Source: Eledone cirrhosa (Eukaryota). Taken from it: 64,000 nt of DNA. The DNA lies in contig OZ024740.1 of assembly GCA_964016885.1 (NCBI GenBank), forward strand, positions 407,154,001 through 407,218,000, in the 5' to 3' direction. The notes under the pieces are model-generated. The model ran no database searches. It saw only the letters and a list, made by a program, of their open reading frames with translations, and was not told the DNA's origin. The translations under genes were made by a program, and so were the position numbers. How positions within the stretch are numbered: the first letter of the stretch is position 1; each line of letters opens with the position of its first letter. Shown here in pieces: positions 10,289 to 22,800 of this stretch.

Positions 10289-11007
10289 TGTAACGGAATA
10301 TTATGTGTGGTTGCAACGACAAGCGGATGGATGGATGGATGTAACTTGGTATTGTGGTTTCAGTGTAAATAAAAATACCAGGAGTGTTGTTACAAAGTTT
10401 ATTTCACTACAACAATATTCAATTTGAATATTGAATGATAAAATAATTGACACAAAATATTCATACAATAATTTGGTGGCTCTTCGAGCCACGTAAATTC
10501 AAATATCACAGAATACGATTATAATATGTGTAAACAGAAATGAATGGTGCGTGTACAAATGTTGGACTCACTATGAATTGCGTGTGTGCGGCGTATCAGT
10601 ATATTTACTTATTTGTATTGTAGGAGTCAGCGATCAGCCAGGAAGGTGAGAATAAGTGGTAGACTGGTTTTCGTGACGAGAGGCTGTAAATGAGACTCGT
10701 CTTGTCTGTATCCACTGTTTTTCTGTTTTTGGCGTAAACAATCCCTCTATTTATAAGAGTTGAAGTTAGAAGGATAGATATATCCTCTGAACTTTGGTTA
10801 ATCTCCCAAGGGATTAGTTTGCCAAGCGTAAACAAGTCAGAAAGATGGATATATCCTCTGACCTATTTTCTGTCAGGCGTAAACACCTCTGACCTGTGTT
10901 TAGCCTCTCCCAAGGGGTTAGTCTCCTGAGCGTAAACAAATTACCACGGCTTGTCCCAGAGGCGGGAAAGCTCAGATTCGGTTTCGAATCTTCGCCGCCG
11001 TTATACA
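10289..11007 (-). mobile_element. Solo-LTR-like or enhancer-like segment with internal repeats
   Basis: Quasi-inverted ends TGTAACGG ... CCGTTATACA. Minus-strand TATAAATAG at ~10747-10755, preceded by duplicated ~50-bp blocks, with a minus-strand AATAAA at 10398-10403. No target-site duplication found. Confidence 0.4.
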
Positions 11008-12339
11008 TCCTATGATAAATAAAGAGACCCTCACACAACCCAGAAGCCTTGTTGAACACTATATTTATTTGTGAACACTATAATCAAACTTTATATTTAT
11101 GATTCGAAATAATCATATTTTTTTCCTTTTTGCTGAAGTGAAGTAAAGATATATATTCAACCAGAATTGTTAGTATTTGTAAATTTTCATTAAACACAGC
11201 TTATATTTTTCACGTTATGAATGATAGACTGAGAAATATGTATTACCTTCATTAATTTGAACATAAAATATCTTTTTCCTCGACAAGTTTGAGGTCGAGA
11301 AGGTAGCAGTGGAGACTTCTAGTGTCCTTGGTCCTAGGACTACCTCTCTACTCACCGCAATCGCCACGGAGTTGGCTACATGTGTGAGTCTCGTGAGCTG
11401 GAATGGCTCTTCCAACGCATCTCCCACACCATCCTCCGAGGAAACACCTTCTTTATTCCGTCTGCCGTGTTCTACTGCCTTTCATCCTTTCAAGTTTGAT
11501 AAAGAAGGTACTACCTCAATGCTGTCACAGCTTGGATGCTCCATTGGATCAAAGGTTAAGAGGGTGTCTGTGTCTGCTCACAGCTGCACGTGCATCTAAA
11601 ACTCTTAGCAAAAGCACGATACATACTACCATATCATACTCGATTGTGAGTAACAGCTGTAGTAGTTTCAGTCTTCTATATGTTTAAATTTGAACATTTT
11701 TCATAGGAAGTATTGTGAAAAAAAATATATTCAGAAAAACTTTAGCTCTGCTCAGTTTTGTACCTTATTTATACAGTTATTATAGACATCATAACAACAA
11801 CAATCATTTATAAATATTTTATTTCCAACTATCATGTTTCAGGGAGCCATTAAGCAGTTGAATTCGTCGATACAAAATTCACGAACCGAAAGGAAGGGAA
11901 AAAGGAAATTGGAATATGTTCAGCTGTGTCTTAAAAATATTGGTGTAAAGGTGGGCAGCACACTTTTCTAAGTTTATTACTTCATAATTTCTAAGCCAAG
12001 TTTTCACGTCATGTTAACCATGTATGGAGGGAGATCTTGCATCAACAGAAACAAACAAACAAAAAAAAAAAGAATTGTGCAAAGAACTTGACAAACTAGT
12101 CTACTCTACGGCACTGAAACACAAACTTTACACATCTCAGGAGAGTAAACATTCTGTACTACACCTATGTATATAGTTTATACACTGTTAGCACCATTAT
12201 GCTCACTGTAACTATCTGATTTCACAATTTTTGGTAACCTTTCTTGGTAAGCCTTTGTTTTCTTTCCAGAGTTAGAAGATTCTTTATTTTGAACAGTTCC
12301 TGACTCCACATAAGGTAAAAATATGGAATACTGTTAAGT

Positions 12340-12545
12340 ACTGGTCATATATTGGAGAATATGAATTACACTAGAATACTGCTAACATATATGGAATATC
12401 AACTACACTAGTAATGCTAAAATATCTGGGATGATATCAACTCCACTGGCACTTTACATACATATTTATGGCTATCATAAACCACTGCCTACATATCTGG
12501 GATGATGTGGATTACATTAGCATATTTGTTGGTCATATATCTAAG
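12340..12545. repeat. Degenerate ~35-42 bp minisatellite (about 5 units)
   Basis: Recurring CATAT(A/C)TGG..ATAT.AA.TACACTAG..TGCTAA. ATATCTGGGATGAT occurs twice (~12422 and ~12493). Confidence 0.5.
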
Positions 12546-12988
12546 ACCTTTTTGTTTTCCTTTAACACACATTCTAAATTTGTATCAAAGATAAGCTGCA
12601 CAGGATACTCATAGGTAATGGTAAGTTCATATTTCCATATATGACAAATAGTCATAGAACCAGTGCTTAGTCCTCGTTTCTATTGTGTGGAATAAATGAG
12701 ACATGTCTACTTCCAAACAGAATGCTATAGTTTCTCACACATATCTTCATTTAAATATAGCTTGCCTATATTTAGGTTAGACAAATTGAGTGATGTGGAA
12801 TTAGTTTTGTAGTGTTGTTGGTATGAACTCACAACTCTTGTACTCACTCTGTTTCCCTATTCTTAAACTAGAAGGGCCAGAAAAAATTATGATTTTTTTT
12901 GTTTCGAAGAAGATCATCTCAATATACATATATCTATATAAGTATATATATCACACACATATACAAACACAAATATATACACACGCAT

Positions 12989-12989
<1 letters not shown>

Positions 12990-13060
<71 letters not shown>

Positions 13061-13074
13061 TCTCTCTCTCTCTC
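12990..13074 (+). repeat. Compound microsatellite (CA)~35 then (TC)~7
   Basis: Read directly from the sequence. Confidence 0.97.
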
Positions 13075-13098
13075 ACACATACTATTTGTCTATAGTGT

Positions 13099-13160
13099 CA
13101 GTGGTTGGCAGCCCACAGGCCACATCCGGCTAACAAAGGATTTTTGTCTGGCCTGCCAAC
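13099..13160 (+). mobile_element. Possible hAT (Charlie-like) transposon terminus
   Basis: CAGTGGTTGGCAGCCCACAGGCCACATCCGGC...TTTTTGTCTGGCC resembles the CAG(G/T)GGTTGGCA...GGGCCA.ATCCGGCCC ends of Charlie-type hAT MITEs (similarity recalled, not searched). Confidence 0.35.
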
Positions 13161-13340
13161 AGGTTTCAATCTCAGGCTAAGTGATTCATGAAAAAGTGCT
13201 CTGAATTATATTGGATTAGAATACCGACTAGAGAACATGTCTAGCCACAAGACTCACTTAGCTGAATGTAACAAACTCTTAAACTCAGACAGATAGAATA
13301 GTCAGACATCGATGTCAAGGGGACTGTGTGTACTAGTGGA

Positions 13341-13528
13341 GGTGGATTGGCAGTATCGGTAGAGGGTCGGACGCCATGCTTTGCAGCAAAGAGTTACGGC
13401 CCTTTATGGTCTGAGTTCAAATCTCGCCGAGGTTAACTTTGCCTTTTATCCTTATGGGGTCGATAAAATAAAGTACCAGTAATGTACTGTGTAATTGCTG
13501 GCCTTGTGCCTAAAGTAGAAACAATTAT
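13341..13528 (+). mobile_element. tRNA-derived SINE, copy 4
   Basis: Starts GGTGGATTGG, with A box TGGCAGTATCGG (13348-13359) and B box GAGTTCAAATC (13413-13423), and ends AAAGTAGAAACAATTAT. Opposite orientation to the other three copies. Confidence 0.9.
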
Positions 13529-13875
13529 TTGACAGTACATATACCTGTGGACAGCTGTTTTCCAAAATAAAATATACCAAAGATCGTTTAAGGACAAAGT
13601 TGTGTGATGACCATCTGGACGATGTTCTACTCCTGTCCTCAACAAATATTTCACCTGATGTAGAGAAGCTGTCCAATGATGGGCAAAAACAAGAATCTCA
13701 TTAAACAATTTACCATTTCTGCCTGTCTTTTATTTGTAGTAAGGAATGTCATTAAAGTAATATCACATAATATTCATTGTTCTTCTTTAAATCTCGGGAT
13801 TAAGGTAGCCTTCTGAACAGAACAGTCTGAGGTCGAACAAATTTATTATATTTTGATATCATGGCCAACCTATGA

Positions 13876-16800
13876 CACACTACATAGCAATATGGCCCAC
13901 TGACAAGACACTACATAGCAATGTGGCTCACTGACAAGACACTGCATAGCAATGTGGCTCACTGACAAGACACTACATAGCAATGTGGCCCACTGACAAG
14001 ACACTACATAGCAATGTGACCCACTGACAAGACACTGCATAGCAATGTGGCCCACTGACAAGACACTGCATAGCAATGTGGCCCACTGACAAGACACTGC
14101 ATAGCAATGTGGCTCACTGACAAGACACTACATAGCAATGTGGCTCACTGACAAGACACTGCATAGCAACGTGGCCCACTGACAAGACACTACATAGCAA
14201 TGTGGCCCACTGACAAGACACTGCATAGCAATGTGGCTCACTGACAAGACACTACATAGCAATCTGGCCCACTGACAAGACACTACATAGCAATGTGGCT
14301 CACTGACAAGACACTACATAGCAATGTGGCTCACTGACAAGACACTGCATAGCAATGTGGCCCACTGAGAAGACACTGAATAGCAATGTGGCCCACTGAC
14401 AAGACACTGCATAGCAATGTGGCTCACTGACAAGACACTACATAGCAATGTGGCCCACTGACAAGACACTACATAGCAATGTGGCCCACTGACAAGACAC
14501 TACATAGCAATGTGGCCCACTGACAAGACACTACATAGCAATGTGGCCCACTGACAAGACACTACATAGCAATGTGGCCCACTGACAAGACACTACATAA
14601 CAATGTGGCCCACTGACAAGACACTACATAGCAATGTGTCCCACTGACACGACACTGAATAGCAATGTGGCCCACTGATAAGACACTGAATAGCAATGTG
14701 GCCCACTGATAAGACACTAAATAGCAATGTGGCCCACTGACAAGACACTACATAGCAATGTGGGTCACTGACAAGATGCTGAATAGCAATGTGGCCCACT
14801 GACAAGACACTACATAGCAATGTGGCCCACAGACAAGACACTGACTAGCAATGTGGCCCACTGATAAGACACTAAATAGCAATGTGTCCCACTGACAAGA
14901 CACTATATCGCAATGTGGCCCACTGGCAAGACACTGATTAGCAATGTGGCCCACTGATAAGACACTATATCGCAATGTGGCCCACTGGCAAGACACTGAT
15001 TAGCAATGTGGCCCACTGACAAGACACTGAATAGCAATGTGGCACACTGACAAGACACTACATAGCAATGTGGCTCACTGACAAGACACTGCATAGCAAT
15101 GTGGCTCACTGACAAGACACTACATAGCAATGTGGCCCACTGACAAGACACTACATAGCAATGTGACCCACTGACAAGACACTGCATAGCAATGTGGCCC
15201 ACTGACAAGACACTGCATAGCAATGTGGCCCACTGACAAGACACTGCATAGCAATGTGGCTCACTGACAAGACACTACATAGCAATGTGGCTCACTGACA
15301 AGACACTGCATAGCAACGTGGCCCACTGACAAGACACTACATAGCAATGTGGCCCACTGACAAGACACTGCATAGCAATGTGGCTCACTGACAAGACACT
15401 ACATAGCAATCTGGCCCACTCACAAGACACTACATAGCAATGTGGCTCACTGACAAGACACTACATAGCAATGTGGCTCACTGACAAGACACTGCATAGC
15501 AATGTGGCCCACTGACAAGACACTACATAGCAATGTGGCCCACTGACAAGACACTGCATAGCAATGTGGCTCACTGACAAGACACTACATAGCAATGTGG
15601 CCCACTGACAAGACACTACATAGCAATGTGGCCCACTGACAAGACACTACATAGCAATGTGGCCCACTGACAAGACACTACATAGCAATGTGGCCCACTG
15701 ACAAGACACTACATAGCAATGTGGCCCACTGACAAGACACTACATAACAATGTGGCCCACTGACAAGACACTACATAGCAATGTGTCCCACTGACACGAC
15801 ACTGAATAGCAATGTGGCCCACTGATAAGACACTGAATAGCAATGTGGCCCACTGATAAGACACTAAATAGCAATGTGGCCCACTGACAAGACACTACAT
15901 AGCAATGTGGGTCACTGACAAGATGCTGAATAGCAATGTGGCCCACTGACAAGACACTACATAGCAATGTGGCCCACAGACAAGACACTGACTAGCAATG
16001 TGGCCCACTGATAAGACACTAAATAGCAATGTGTCCCACTGACAAGACACTATATCGCAATGTGGCCCACTGGCAAGACACTGATTAGCAATGTGGCCCA
16101 CTGATAAGACACTATATCGCAATGTGGCCCACTGGCAAGACACTGATTAGCAATGTGTCCCACTGACAAGACACTATATCGCAATGTGGCCCACTGGCAA
16201 GACACTGATTAGCAATGTGGCCCACTGATAAGACACTATATCGCAATGTGGCCCACTGGCAAGACACTGATTAGCAATGTGGCCCACTGACAAGACACTG
16301 AATAGCAATGTGGCACACTGACAAGACACTACATAGCAATGTGGCTCACTGACAAGACACTGCATAGCAATGTGGCTCACTGACAAGACACTACATAGCA
16401 ATGTGGCCCACTGACAAGACACTACATAGCAATGTGACCCACTGACAAGACACTGCATAGCAATGTGGCCCACTGACAAGACACTGCATAGCAATGTGGC
16501 CCACTGACAAGACACTGCATAGCAATGTGGCTCACTGACAAGACACTACATAGCAATGTGGCTCACTGACAAGACACTGCATAGCAACGTGGCCCACTGA
16601 CAAGACACTACATAGCAATGTGGCCCACTGACAAGACACTGCATAGCAATGTGGCTCACTGACAAGACACTACATAGCAATCTGGCCCACTCACAAGACA
16701 CTACATAGCAATGTGGCTCACTGACAAGACACTACATAGCAATGTGGCTCACTGACAAGACACTGCATAGCAATGTGGCCCACTGACAAGACACTACATA

Positions 16801-19800
16801 GCAATGTGGCCCACTGACAAGACACTGCATAGCAATGTGGCTCACTGACAAGACACTACATAGCAATGTGGCCCACTGACAAGACACTACATAGCAATGT
16901 GGCCCACTGACAAGACACTACATAGCAATGTGGCCCACTGACAAGACACTACATAGCAATGTGGCCCACTGACAAGACACTACATAGCAATGTGGCCCAC
17001 TGACAAGACACTACATAACAATGTGGCCCACTGACAAGACACTACATAGCAATGTGTCCCACTGACACGACACTGAATAGCAATGTGGCCCACTGATAAG
17101 ACACTGAATAGCAATGTGGCCCACTGATAAGACACTAAATAGCAATGTGGCCCACTGACAAGACACTACATAGCAATGTGGGTCACTGACAAGATGCTGA
17201 ATAGCAATGTGGCCCACTGACAAGACACTACATAGCAATGTGGCCCACAGACAAGACACTGACTAGCAATGTGGCCCACTGATAAGACACTAAATAGCAA
17301 TGTGTCCCACTGACAAGACACTATATCGCAATGTGGCCCACTGGCAAGACACTGATTAGCAATGTGGCCCACTGATAAGACACTATATCGCAATGTGGCC
17401 CACTGGCAAGACACTGATTAGCAATGTGGCCCACTGACAAGACACTGAATAGCAATGTGGCACACTGACAAGACACTACATAACAATGTGGCCCACTGAC
17501 AAGACACTAAATAACAATGTGGCCCACTGACAAGACACTGATTAGCAATGTGGGCCACTGACAAGACACTGAATAGCAATGTGGCTCACTGACAAGACAC
17601 TGAATCGCAATGTGGCCCACTGACAAGACACTGATTAGCAATGTGTCCCACTGACAAGACATTGAATAGCAATGTGGCCCACTGACAAGACACTACATAG
17701 CAATGTGGCCCACTGACAAGACACTACATAGCAATGTGGCCCACTGACAAGACACTGAATAGCAATGTGGGTCACTGACAAGAAACTGAATAGCAATGTG
17801 GCCCACTGACAAGACACTGAATAGCAATGTGGTCCACTGACAATATACTAGATAGCAATGTGGCCCACTGACAAGACACTGAATAGCAATGTGGCCAACA
17901 GACAAGACACTACATAGCAATGTGGCCCACTGAGGAGACACTAAATAGCAATGTGGCCCACTGACAAGACACTACATAGAAATGTGGCCCACTGACAAGA
18001 CACTGAATAGCAATGTGGCCCACTGACAAGACACTACATAGCAATGTGGCCCACTGACAAGACACTGCATAGCAATGTGGCCCACTGACAAGACACTACA
18101 TAGCAATATGGCCCACTGACAAGACACTACATAGCAATGTGGCTCACTGACAAGACACTGCATAGCAATGTGGCTCACTGACAAGACACTACATAGCAAT
18201 GTGGCCCACTGACAAGACACTACATAGCAATGTGACCCACTGACAAGACACTGCATAGTAATGTGGCCCACTGACAAGACACTGCATAGCAATGTGGCCC
18301 ACTGACAAGACACTGCATAGCAATGTGGCCCACTGACAAGACACTACATAGCAATGTGGCTCACTGACAAGACACTGCATAGCAACGTGGCCCACTGACA
18401 AGACACTACATAGCAATGTGGCCCACTGACAAGACACTGCATAGCAATGTGGCTCACTGACAAGACACTACATAGCAATCTGGCCCACTGACAAGACACT
18501 ACATAGCAATGTGGCTCACTGACAAGACACTACATAGCAATGTGGCTCACTGACAAGACACTGCATAGCAATGTGGGTCACTGACAAGATGCTGAATAGC
18601 AATGTGGCCCACTGACAAGACACTACATAGCAATGTGGCCCACTGACAAGACACTGCATAGCAATGTGGCCTACTGACAAGACACTGAATAGCAATGTGG
18701 CCCACTGACAAGACACTACATAGCAATGTGGCCCACTGACAAGACACTACATAGCAATGTGGCCCACTGACAAGACACTACATAGCAATGTGGCCCACTG
18801 ACAAGACACTACATAGCAATGTGGCCCACTGACAAGACACTACATAACAATGTGGCCCACTGACAAGACACTACATAGCAATGTGTCCCACTGACACGAC
18901 ACTGAATAGCAATGTGGCCCACTGATAAGACACTGAATAGCAATGTGGCCCACTGATAAGACACTAAATAGCAATGTGGCCCACTGACAAGACACTACAT
19001 AGCAATGTGGGTCACTGACAAGATGCTGAATAGCAATGTGGCCCACTGACAAGACACTACATAGCAATGTGGCCCACAGACAAGACACTGACTAGCAATG
19101 TGGCCCACTGATAAGACACTAAATAGCAATGTGTCCCACTGACAAGACACTATATCGCAATGTGGCCCACTGGCAAGACACTGATTAGCAATGTGGCCCA
19201 CTGATAAGACACTATATCGCAATGTGGCCCACTGGCAAGACACTGATTAGCAATGTGGCCCACTGACAAGACACTGAATAGCAATGTGGCACACTGACAA
19301 GACACTACATAGCAATGTGGCTCACTGACAAGACACTGCATAGCAATGTGGCTCACTGACAAGACACTACATAGCAATGTGGCCCACTGACAAGACACTA
19401 CATAGCAATGTGACCCACTGACAAGACACTGCATAGCAATGTGGCCCACTGACAAGACACTGCATAGCAATGTGGCCCACTGACAAGACACTGCATAGCA
19501 ATGTGGCTCACTGACAAGACACTACATAGCAATGTGGCTCACTGACAAGACACTGCATAGCAACGTGGCCCACTGACAAGACACTACATAGCAATGTGGC
19601 CCACTGACAAGACACTGCATAGCAATGTGGCTCACTGACAAGACACTACATAGCAATCTGGCCCACTGACAAGACACTACATAGCAATGTGGCTCACTGA
19701 CAAGACACTACATAGCAATGTGGCTCACTGACAAGACACTGTATAGCAATGTGGCCCACTGACAAGACACTACATAGCAATGTGGCCCACTGACAAGACA

Positions 19801-22800
19801 CTGCATAGCAATGTGGCTCACTGACAAGACACTACATAGCAATGTGGCCCACTGACAAGACACTACATAGCAATGTGGCCCACTGACAAGACACTACATA
19901 GCAATGTGGCCCACTGACAAGACACTACATAGCAATGTGGCCCACTGACAAGACACTACATAGCAATGTGGCCCACTGACAAGACACTACATAACAATGT
20001 GGCCCACTGACAAGACACTACATAGCAATGTGTCCCACTGACACGACACTGAATAGCAATGTGGCCCACTGATAAGACACTGAATAGCAATGTGGCCCAC
20101 TGATAAGACACTAAATAGCAATGTGGCCCACTGACAAGACACTACATAGCAATGTGGGTCACTGACAAGATGCTGAATAGCAATGTGGCCCACTGACAAG
20201 ACACTACATAGCAATGTGGCCCACAGACAAGACACTGACTAGCAATGTGGCCCACTGATAAGACACTAAATAGCAATGTGTCCCACTGACAAGACACTAT
20301 ATCGCAATGTGGCCCACTGGCAAGACACTGATTAGCAATGTGGCCCACTGATAAGACACTATATCGCAATGTGGCCCACTGGCAAGACACTGATTAGCAA
20401 TGTGGCCCACTGACAAGACACTGAATAGCAATGTGGCACACTGACAAGACACTACATAACAATGTGGCCCACTGACAAGACACTAAATAACAATGTGGCC
20501 CACTGACAAGACACTGATTAGCAATGTGGGCCACTGACAAGACACTGAATAGCAATGTGGCTCACTGACAAGACACTGAATCGCAATGTGGCCCACTGAC
20601 AAGACACTGATTAGCAATGTGTCCCACTGACAAGACATTGAATAGCAATGTGGCCCACTGACAAGACACTACATAGCAATGTGGCCCACTGACAAGACAC
20701 TACATAGCAATGTGGCCCACTGACAAGACACTGAATAGCAATGTGGGTCACTGACAAGAAACTGAATAGCAATGTGGCCCACTGACAAGACACTGAATAG
20801 CAATGTGGTCCACTGACAAGATACTAGATAGCAATGTGGCCCACTGACAAGACACTGAATAGCAATGTGGCCAACAGACAAGACACTACATAGCAATGTG
20901 GCCCACTGAGGAGACACTAAATAGCAATGTGGCCCACTGACAAGACACTGAATAGCAATGTGGCCCACTGACAAGACACTACATAGCAATGTGGCCCACT
21001 GACAAGACACTGCATAGCAATGTGGCCCACTGACAAGACACTACATAGCAATGTGGCCACTGACAAGACACTACATAGCAATGTGGCCCACTGATAAGAC
21101 ACTGAATAGCAATGTGGCCCACTGACAAGACACTACATAACAATGTGGCCCACTGACAAGACACTGAATAGCAATGTGGCCTACTGACAAGACAATGCAT
21201 AGCAATGTGGCCCACTGACAAGACACTACATAGCAATGTGGTCCACTGACAAGATGTTGAATAGCAATGTGGCCCACTGACAAGACACTACATAACAATG
21301 TGGCCCACTGACAAGACACTACATAGCAATGTGTCCCACTGACAAGACACTAAATAGCAATTTGGTCCACTGACAAGACACTACATAACAATGTGGCCCA
21401 TGACAAGACACTACATAACAATGTGGCCCACTGACAAGACACTGAATAGCAATGTGGCCCACTGACAAGATACTGAATAGCAATGTGGCCCACTGAAAAG
21501 ACACTAGATAGCAATGTGGCCCACTGACACGACACTGAATAGCAATGTGGCCCACTGAAAAGACACTAGATAGCAATGTGGCCCACTGACAAGACACTAT
21601 ATCGCAATGTGGCCCACTGGCAAGACACTGATTAGCAATGTGGCCCACTGATAAGACACTATATCGCAATGTGGCCCACTGGCAAGACACTGATTAGCAA
21701 TGTGGCCCACTGACAAGACACTGAATAGCAATGTGGCACACTGACAAGACACTACATAACAATGTGGCCCACTGACAAGACACTAAATAACAATGTGGCC
21801 CACTGACAAGACACTGATTAGCAATGTGGGCCACTGACAAGACACTGAATAGCAATGTGGCCCACTGACAAGACACTGATTAGCAATGTGTCCCACTGAC
21901 AAGACATTGAATAGCAATGTGGCCCACTGACAAGACACTACATAGCAATGTGGCCCACTGACAAGACACTACATAGCAATGTGGCCCACTGACAAGACAC
22001 TGAATAGCAATGTGGGTCACTGACAAGAAACTGAATAGCAATGTGGCCCACTGACCAGACACTGAATAGCAATGTGGTCCACTGACAAGATACTAGATAG
22101 CAATGTGGCCCACTGACAAGACACTGAATAGCAATGTGGCCAACAGACAAGACACTACATAGCAATGTGGCCCACTGAGGAGACACTAAATAGCAATGTG
22201 GCCCACTGACAAGACACTACATAGCAATGTGGCCCACTGACAAGACACTGAATAGCAATGTGGCCCACTGACAAGACACTACATAGCAATGTGGCCCACT
22301 GACAAGACACTGCATAGCAATGTGGCCCACTGACAAGACACTACATAGCAATGTGTCCACTGACAAGACACTACATAGCAATGTGGCCCACTGATAAGAC
22401 ACTGAATAGCAATGTGGCCCACTGACAAGACACTACATAACAATGTGGCCCACTGACAAGACACTGAATAGCAATGTGGCCTACTGACAAGACAATGCAT
22501 AGCAATGTGGCCCACTGACAAGACACTACATAGCAATGTGGTCCACTGACAAGATGTTGAATAGCAATGTGGCCCACTGACAAGACACTACATAACAATG
22601 TGGCCCACTGACAAGACACTACATAGCAATGTGTCCCACTGACAAGACACTAAATAGCAATTTGGTCCACTGACAAGACACTACATAACAATGTGGCCCA
22701 TGACAAGACACTACATAACAATGTGGCCCACTGACAAGACACTGAATAGCAATGTGGCCCACTGACAAGATACTGAATAGCAATGTGGCCCACTGAAAAG

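Noticed and set aside
12250-12320. 45-bp plus-strand exon candidate (TTTCCAG/ ... AAG/GTAAAA)
   Set aside because: Stops occur in all three frames and there is no supporting neighbouring exon.
12340-12545. Degenerate minisatellite as ancestor of the 31-bp satellite
   Set aside because: The unit length differs and only a short ACTACA.TAG.AATG resemblance is present.
12660-12840. Highly decayed SINE-like segment
   Set aside because: Only a B-box-like TGAACTCACAAC is recognisable, so boundaries and family cannot be supported.
12823-13180. His-Thr repeat ORFs
   Set aside because: They are translations of the (CA)n microsatellite.
13341-13430. tRNA gene (A and B boxes)
   Set aside because: There is no cloverleaf or acceptor stem, and it continues into a body shared by four dispersed copies with target-site duplications, so it is a SINE head.
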